A stretch of DNA of 64,000 nt. It comes from Candidatus Heimdallarchaeota archaeon. Lineage in GTDB: Archaea; Asgardarchaeota; Heimdallarchaeia; Heimdallarchaeales; Kariarchaeaceae. The first letter of the stretch is position 1. The number at the start of each line of letters is the position of its first letter. Below, in pieces: positions 58,854 to 64,000 of the stretch. The notes beneath the pieces were generated by a model. That model was not told where the DNA came from. It saw only the letters and a program-made list of their open reading frames with translations, and made no database searches. The translations under genes and the position numbers were made by a program. The stretch is from positions 34,058 to 98,057 of the forward strand of contig JASBSB010000004.1 in the NCBI GenBank assembly GCA_030149205.1. The letters are read 5' to 3'.

Positions 58854-59378
58854 TTAAAGTCGTGATTTACCAACCCACTTGGCAGGTTCCAAACCATTTG
58901 CTTTCAGTCTCTGATTCAAGATAGCTGTATGCTCCATGATATGCCTGATGTTGTAAATAATGAGCTCAAACTTGGAAAAGGATAGCCAGGTAAAATTACA
59001 TGGCTCCTCAAACTGTGAGGCTATATCATTCTCAAAGTATAATCTGAACTTTTCGCGAATGATCTTCAAAAATTCAAGCAATTCTGATTTAGGTACAATT
59101 TCCTCTGGCTTTTTATCGAAGAACCCCTTTCCCACATGCTTTTTCAAGCCATCAGGTAAGGAGTACTCTGTGTTTGGATCATCGAACTCAAAAGTAGAGA
59201 GATAAAAGTCCATAGAGTTTGTAATATGGAAGGCATGCTGCCAAAAGGGGGGTACACCGTCGGTCCAGACATGCTCATTAGCATTTTCAACTGCCTTGGT
59301 CAACATGTCAAGAGATGAGGCAAGTTGTGTATCAAGTGCTGTAACTAGATTTTGAGGATCCATATTGAGATTCTGCAA
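58854..59378 (-). CDS. hypothetical protein (possibly DinB/YfiT-like helical bundle)
   Basis: 174 aa. Spaced His residues (HVW...H...H..EH) and a helical profile. Weak. Confidence 0.35.
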   Translation of the reverse strand: MQNLNMDPQNLVTALDTQLASSLDMLTKAVENANEHVWTDGVPPFWQHAFHITNSMDFYLSTFEFDDPNTEYSLPDGLKKHVGKGFFDKKPEEIVPKSELLEFLKIIREKFRLYFENDIASQFEEPCNFTWLSFSKFELIIYNIRHIMEHTAILNQRLKANGLEPAKWVGKSRL

Positions 59379-59887
59379 AGGGCATATAAGAAGATTATCA
59401 GAGTCAATCGGATTGCAAGCAATTGATGGAATAAATCGCTTATTGCATATTTCGTATAAATATAGAGATGGTAAGATGCAAGAAAGGTAAAGAATGTGAG
59501 TAAGATATTAATAGATAGAAAAGGTGACAATATTAATTGCCAGACAGAAAACCCCAACTTTAAGTATTAGACCTCCGTAGTTAATTTCGCTTTTGGGATG
59601 GATATCCGGAATTATTAGATTTCTCTTTAAATTTCAAAATTTCGTTCTTAAAACTCAGTTTGCGACATCTAAAATTTTTTTTATTCATTGATTTTAAATT
59701 TTAGAGTGTTGAAAATAATCTCTGTCAATCTAGATTCGGGAGGTTAGGCATGTTTTTGATAGTCTCTATAGACTATAGTAATCTATAACAATATGGACTC
59801 AGATAGCTTACTTCCCTTTTATCAAGATACTAAATTTTTATTTATAGTACTAAAAGATTATAATTTATTCTTGACAATCATTAATAT

Positions 59888-60010
59888 ATGCAGGAAAAAC
59901 CATCAGTTTATGAAATGGGACTAATAAAGTACCTGTATTGTATCTCTTTGACTGAGTACCACTTCCTCAATACATATCTATGGGCAGATGCTCAAACTAA
60001 GGTGACCTGA
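59888..60010 (+). pseudogene. truncated copy of the 7185..7448-type small protein (40 aa)
   Basis: MQEKPSVYEMGLIKYLYCISLTEYHFLNTYLWADAQTKVT aligns with the C-terminal 38 aa of 7185..7448. The next gene starts 2 nt later, as at 7183/7185. Confidence 0.45.
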
Positions 60011-60011
60011 T

Positions 60012-60539
60012 TTGAGTATTGGTCAAATTGCGGGAATAATCTATTTTACATTTTGGTCTGTGTTTGTCTTCTACCTCTTAACCTATGTAAAATTCCAATT
60101 GTCCAGCCTTTTCAGACTTCAAGACACGAGGTCTTTCCTAGAATCATATTTAACTTTAAAACGAAGAAATGGTAGATCTTTTGCTTATATCAACTTTTCT
60201 GCAAATCTGCTATTTGGGTTTATAGGTTTTTTTATACTATTTGGAAGAATCATTGAGCTATTTTACAACCTCTATTATTACATTCTGATGTTTGGGGTGA
60301 CAGTGATTTCACTCATGGCTGTTGAAAGCAGACTTCCCTTAAGCGCAGACACTCGTGAATATATCATGAGTCAACGTGTTCCTGTAATCTCCCTTTTCTC
60401 CCTTTTTTTCACCAGGAATGGTGAAAAGTTAAAATACAGGGCGGATGTATGGAAGCTCATTCCAATCAAAGAATTAATTGGGTATTATAGCCTTGCAATT
60501 TTAGGGTTAATTTTTTATCAATTGTTTTATATCCCTTGA
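60012..60539 (+). CDS. hypothetical multi-pass membrane protein (paralogue of 6641..7183)
   Basis: 175 aa with TTG start. Shares the conserved LESYLTLKRRNGRSF block and TM layout with 6641..7183. Confidence 0.55.
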   Translation: MSIGQIAGIIYFTFWSVFVFYLLTYVKFQLSSLFRLQDTRSFLESYLTLKRRNGRSFAYINFSANLLFGFIGFFILFGRIIELFYNLYYYILMFGVTVISLMAVESRLPLSADTREYIMSQRVPVISLFSLFFTRNGEKLKYRADVWKLIPIKELIGYYSLAILGLIFYQLFYIP

Positions 60540-60589
60540 GGAAAGTTGATTTTTATCTAGATTCATCATACGGGGATGGGGGGAAAAAA

Positions 60590-60718
60590 AAAATTATTCT
60601 GGTAAAAAATGTTATAGTTCAGACATACAGGGTGGCTTACAAGTAGTTTTTGAGACTTAGGATAATAAAGAAAGATAAGATTTTTTGTTAAGATATGATT
60701 TTTGTGCGATAAACTTAA
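60590..60718 (+). repeat. conserved about 130-bp upstream element of plus-strand short-form genes, copy 1 (copy 2 at 63560..63699)
   Basis: CTGGTAAAAAATGTTATAGTTCAGACATACAGGGTG..TTACAAGTAGTTTTTGAGACTTAGGATAATAAAGAAAG...TTTTGTGCGATAAACTTAAATG, about 85% identical to 63560-63699. Confidence 0.6.
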
Positions 60719-61834
60719 ATGAGATTGATAGATAACAGATATGTGTATCTTTGCCTTCATCAGGATTCATTTACAATTAATACAGGTTACAAATACGCTA
60801 TTTACATCTATTCTCAGACCATCAAGGACGGCGTCACCGTAGATGGGGTGAAAGCAGCCGGGGAGTTCATCGCCACCAACATCATCAGACCCATAGTGGA
60901 GGGCTTGGCAACCGTGTTTCGAAGCATCCTCACCGCTATGTTTCTCACACTTGGTGAGACCTCGTCAGGATACCAGACGACGAAAACAGCCACTGGATTT
61001 ATCTTTAAATCATTTATTGACAATAAGGAGGTAAGTGTATCAGTGACTGTGGACAGCTCAAATCAACTAATGTTTACTGTTGGTATCAAATCATTCACTA
61101 TAGATTTGTTTAAGCTCATATTAAATTCAATAATACCTTTTGAAACCCTTTCTCCCGAAAGTGCGATTAATGGTATAATAACAGCCACAGTTTTCGAGAA
61201 CATTTTTACAAATATCGCATTTGTTGCTATGGATAAATCTAAAGAAGCTGGTGCCGGATCAATGGGAATAGGAGCGGCGGTTGCCTTAACAATTTCATTA
61301 ATGTCAATGTTATATGGTTCAGCAACATTTTTAGGAAATTTTTTAGCTCGATGGCACAATAGAAATAAATTCAGTGGAGAGGAATTAAAACAATATGATC
61401 ATCTATTTAAGTCATGGATTTCTTTATATAAGGTTACACTCACACTCTCAATAACCTTATATTATTTGGGTAGAAATTTATATAAACTCCGCAACATTAT
61501 GAAACAGGAAGGCCAAACTTTGACTTCAAGTATTTCTAAAGTTTTAAAAGAAAACTTTGAAATTCAAGGCTACACAAGTCCTGCAATTGCGTCAGGTTTA
61601 TTTTTTGTAGCATTAAGTACAATAGTTATGGATTTTACGGAAGTCATATTACTTCAACCAACAATGACGATGTGGATAGCTTTCTTAATCGTATTAGCTT
61701 CAGAAATAACTACATACGGTCTTCTTGATTTGGGGAAAACTCCTCTGTATAACTTAAAAATTTTTATATCTGCAATTGTATTTCCAAATACCTTATATAG
61801 GTTAGAGTTACTTATTTTGGATAATTTTGTATAG
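60719..61834 (+). CDS. CxHQ-family hypervariable protein, short form with type-A C-terminal module
   Basis: 371 aa. MRLIDNRYVYLCLHQDSF...SQTIKDGVTVDGVKAAGEFIATNIIRPIVEGL, then a 4-TM C-terminal domain paralogous to 273..1400 and the C-terminus of 21424..23268, but strongly diverged. Confidence 0.65.
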   Translation: MRLIDNRYVYLCLHQDSFTINTGYKYAIYIYSQTIKDGVTVDGVKAAGEFIATNIIRPIVEGLATVFRSILTAMFLTLGETSSGYQTTKTATGFIFKSFIDNKEVSVSVTVDSSNQLMFTVGIKSFTIDLFKLILNSIIPFETLSPESAINGIITATVFENIFTNIAFVAMDKSKEAGAGSMGIGAAVALTISLMSMLYGSATFLGNFLARWHNRNKFSGEELKQYDHLFKSWISLYKVTLTLSITLYYLGRNLYKLRNIMKQEGQTLTSSISKVLKENFEIQGYTSPAIASGLFFVALSTIVMDFTEVILLQPTMTMWIAFLIVLASEITTYGLLDLGKTPLYNLKIFISAIVFPNTLYRLELLILDNFV

Positions 61835-61844
61835 GTGACCTATT

Positions 61845-62657
61845 ATGAAACTTATTTCAATTCTTGGTTTAAATTTTTTCCTAAGACAATCCTTAGTTTT
61901 AACTCTGCTAAGTTTTTTGATCTTTACTCATTTCATAGCTTATCCAGTTAAAATTTACTATTTTTACGAAATTTTAACATTTTCGGGTATCTATTTAATG
62001 AGTGTAATGTTTTCAATTATTGGTCAATACCAACTCAAAGATACTAACCATGGAATAATTTTTGTTAATAAAGAAAGGTGGAAAGTCTTGACACCTATGA
62101 TGATTTTTTGGTTTGTTTTAATATTTAATGTGTTTTCAAACATGATGTATCAGGCAAATACAATATTCCGACACCTTTTTGCTATAATGACTTTTTTTTT
62201 ACTATTGCATTATTTTGAAACCGTCATTGAAGGGTCACTATATCCTCAGTTAATTAAAGAAAGCAGATCCAAATCAGCAACAAAAGTTAACCGTTTCTTG
62301 TTCTTATTGAGGTTCTCACTAATTTTTACTATATTTGCATTGATTCTTACAAAAAATTCTATTGAGATTCTCCTTATTATTACTACTGTATTATTTGGGG
62401 GTTCACTGGTGTCAAGTGCCTTGTTTAACTTAAAAACAAAGTCCTCCTTAAAAATAACTATCGAGGTGATTCATGCAATTTTCCTCATGGACTTCCTTCT
62501 AGTTTTTATCGATTACCTGATTAGTCCTGATTCTAATATATTTATATTGGGATTAACTTTTCTTCAGTTGATATTTATATATTTATTAAGTGAACTTCCA
62601 TACTTATATCAAGTTCCTCAATTGATTTTACAATCATTCATAATAAATGATAAATGA
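61845..62657 (+). CDS. NFxLRQ-family multi-pass membrane protein (immunity-like partner of 60719..61834)
   Basis: 270 aa. MKLISILGLNFFLRQSLVLTLLSF is homologous to 13847..14614 and 20652..21431. Lies 10 nt downstream of the family gene. Confidence 0.55.
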   Translation: MKLISILGLNFFLRQSLVLTLLSFLIFTHFIAYPVKIYYFYEILTFSGIYLMSVMFSIIGQYQLKDTNHGIIFVNKERWKVLTPMMIFWFVLIFNVFSNMMYQANTIFRHLFAIMTFFLLLHYFETVIEGSLYPQLIKESRSKSATKVNRFLFLLRFSLIFTIFALILTKNSIEILLIITTVLFGGSLVSSALFNLKTKSSLKITIEVIHAIFLMDFLLVFIDYLISPDSNIFILGLTFLQLIFIYLLSELPYLYQVPQLILQSFIINDK

Positions 62658-62868
62658 GGGTGGCATCCTAGCAATACTCTTGACTCTGACACCTTATGTT
62701 GGATCACTTGCATATCTCATCTCAGAGGCAGTGGGTTCTGCTGGTTTAACGGCATTAAAGGCAATCTATAAAACATATCAGATGGGAACTGTATTAATGG
62801 TAGCAAGTATAACACATCTGATACTTGCCTCTCTCTTTGCTTTAAAAGGTGGGAATAGGTTCTTGTGA
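62647..62868 (+). CDS. small hydrophobic protein
   Basis: 73 aa with two TM segments. Overlaps both neighbours. Confidence 0.3.
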   Translation: MINEGGILAILLTLTPYVGSLAYLISEAVGSAGLTALKAIYKTYQMGTVLMVASITHLILASLFALKGGNRFL

Positions 62869-63488
62869 ATAGGCTGGTGAATAACATGAAGCTTAAAAAT
62901 AGATTTAAACTGGATGATGCTGTATATTTGATCACACTTCTATCAGTCCTTATCTTGCTTTATTCTCGCTTGATTGATAAAATAGGACTTATCGTAACAG
63001 CTCTAGCAGTGTTCCTTTATCCCCAGCGTTTCTTTGTGATAGCTATTTATCAACTATTCAGGGAACATAGAACCAAAAAATTAGTCTATAACCTTTTGGG
63101 ACTAATACTAATTTTTTCTGCCCTATCACTCTTACTAACTATTTCTGTTAAAACAAACTCGTTTTTGATCTTAACCCTCACATTCTGTAGTTTTTATGTC
63201 CTAAAGGCAATTTTTTTCTACAGGGTTTATGATAGAGACCTCAAAGATAGGAAATACCGTAAAACAGTTACAGGGGCGGTATTCAGGGTATCCACACCGT
63301 ATTATTTTCTTGTGTTCTTTTTAGTAGCAGTGATTCTTCAGCCTGTGAGTCCTTTAGATCCCAGTGGATTCACATTTTTGATGCTTGTAATGGTCATTTC
63401 AATTTTCTTTAATGGCTTCTGTAATTGCGATGATATCGATCATGAACTAAAGAGCATTTGGCCAAAAGGTATCCCAACTTGTTGTTAG
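62865..63488 (+). CDS. hypothetical multi-pass membrane protein
   Basis: 207 aa with about 6 TM helices. Confidence 0.45.
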   Translation: MNRLVNNMKLKNRFKLDDAVYLITLLSVLILLYSRLIDKIGLIVTALAVFLYPQRFFVIAIYQLFREHRTKKLVYNLLGLILIFSALSLLLTISVKTNSFLILTLTFCSFYVLKAIFFYRVYDRDLKDRKYRKTVTGAVFRVSTPYYFLVFFLVAVILQPVSPLDPSGFTFLMLVMVISIFFNGFCNCDDIDHELKSIWPKGIPTCC

Positions 63489-63559
63489 GCAAGCTGTATA
63501 TGTACGTTGAAAAATATTAATTTCTATAACCGATGTATGATTAGGGTCGAAGAAGTAAA

Positions 63560-63699
63560 TTGATGTGATAACATTAATTCTGGTAAGAAATGTTATAGTT
63601 CAGACATACAGAGTGAATTACAAGTAGTTTTTGAGATTGAGGATAATAAAGCAAGATTAGAAGCTATGTTAAGAGATAAATTTTGTGCGATAAACTTAA
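63560..63699 (+). repeat. conserved upstream element of plus-strand short-form genes, copy 2
   Basis: See 60590..60718. Confidence 0.6.
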
Positions 63700-63999
63700 A
63701 TGGTTTTAATGTATATCAGGTATGTGTACCCTTGCCTTCATCAGGAATCTTATGAAACTGGAACACACAGCGACTTCATTGTCAGGTCTATCAACCAACA
63801 GACCATCAGGGACGGCGTCACAGTCTACGAGGTGAGGTATGCTGGAGAGTTTATCGTCAACATACCCATGCCTATTGCAGAAGAAATGATGAATGTGTAT
63901 CGCTCAGCAATACTTGGTCTGCTACAGATTGTTGAAACAATAATTTCAGTAAGTGTGACTGTGGATTCCTCAGGGAATATCTTGATTCAGTCTAATACA
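63700..63999 (+). CDS. CxHQ-family hypervariable protein, short form, mosaic copy (partial, runs off window end)
   Basis: MVLMYIRYVYPCLHQESYETGTHSDFIVRSINQQTIRDGVTVYEV...PIAEEMMNVYRSAILGLLQIVETIISVSVTVDSSGNILIQSNT. The first 24 aa match 19867..20238, residues 25-52 match the 6145..6579/13205..13708 type, and the rest is DNA-near-identical to 19867..20238. Confidence 0.6.
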   Translation, partial: MVLMYIRYVYPCLHQESYETGTHSDFIVRSINQQTIRDGVTVYEVRYAGEFIVNIPMPIAEEMMNVYRSAILGLLQIVETIISVSVTVDSSGNILIQSNT

Positions 64000-64000
64000 T

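Noticed and set aside
1-64000. Search for tRNA, rRNA and other canonical RNA genes
   Set aside because: By eye I found no convincing cloverleaf-compatible segments with a GTTCGAATC-type T-loop and no rRNA-like conserved blocks. A covariance-model scan is needed for certainty.

Overview
This is an AT-rich stretch (roughly one-third GC by eye) from a chromosome that looks archaeal. The evidence is archaeal-type TATA/BRE-like promoters close to start codons, a RadA/Rad51-type recombinase, TldD/PmbA, a luciferase-like (LLM, probably F420-linked) oxidoreductase and a PAC2-like protein. The lineage cannot be assigned from sequence alone. The window has four parts.

(i) 1-23.3 kb is a head-to-tail, minus-strand array of at least 11 paralogous genes of one hypervariable family. 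Every member begins with a short conserved N-terminus carrying a C-x-H-Q motif, in one of two variants: MxxMYIRYVYPCLHQ-SF ('short form') or MNRxxxCMHQTSYETLLILP...MCVDVAGSWQQN ('long form'). A near-invariant, unusually GC-rich junction follows (peptide QTI[KR]DGVT.FVDG[VI]KAAG, DNA core GTCGACGAAGCTGGTGACGCCGTCCTTGATGGTCTG). After the junction the C-terminal modules are mutually unrelated and mostly hydrophobic with multiple TM segments. Nearly every member is translationally coupled to, or immediately followed by, its own multi-pass membrane-protein gene(s). Copies are mosaic at nucleotide level: 5' ends near-identical, 3' ends unrelated.

(ii) 22.6-24.3 kb is a sharply GC-rich, foreign-looking patch. 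It holds the 5' extension of the only full-length family member (614 aa) and, divergently transcribed, a PD-(D/E)XK-fold nuclease with a 30-bp tandem repeat.

(iii) 24.3-59.4 kb is ordinary core DNA: fumC, SerB, an MFS transporter, an LLM oxidoreductase, PmbA/TldD, an AlkA-like glycosylase, a MacB/FtsX-type ABC system, a heterodimeric ABC exporter, CNNM/CorC, a class II terpene-cyclase-like protein, a RadA paralogue, an MCP, a HEAT-repeat protein, an SRPBCC protein and an EEP phosphoesterase.

(iv) 59.9-64 kb is a second, plus-strand array of the same family. It is inverted relative to the first, so both arrays are transcribed away from the core. It shares a conserved three-gene module and near-identical segments with the left array.

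I read the arrays as a polymorphic toxin/immunity-like system, or at least a cassette-exchanging, diversifying membrane-protein system, that I cannot match to any described family from sequence alone. All product calls below rest on motifs recognised by eye. No database search was possible.
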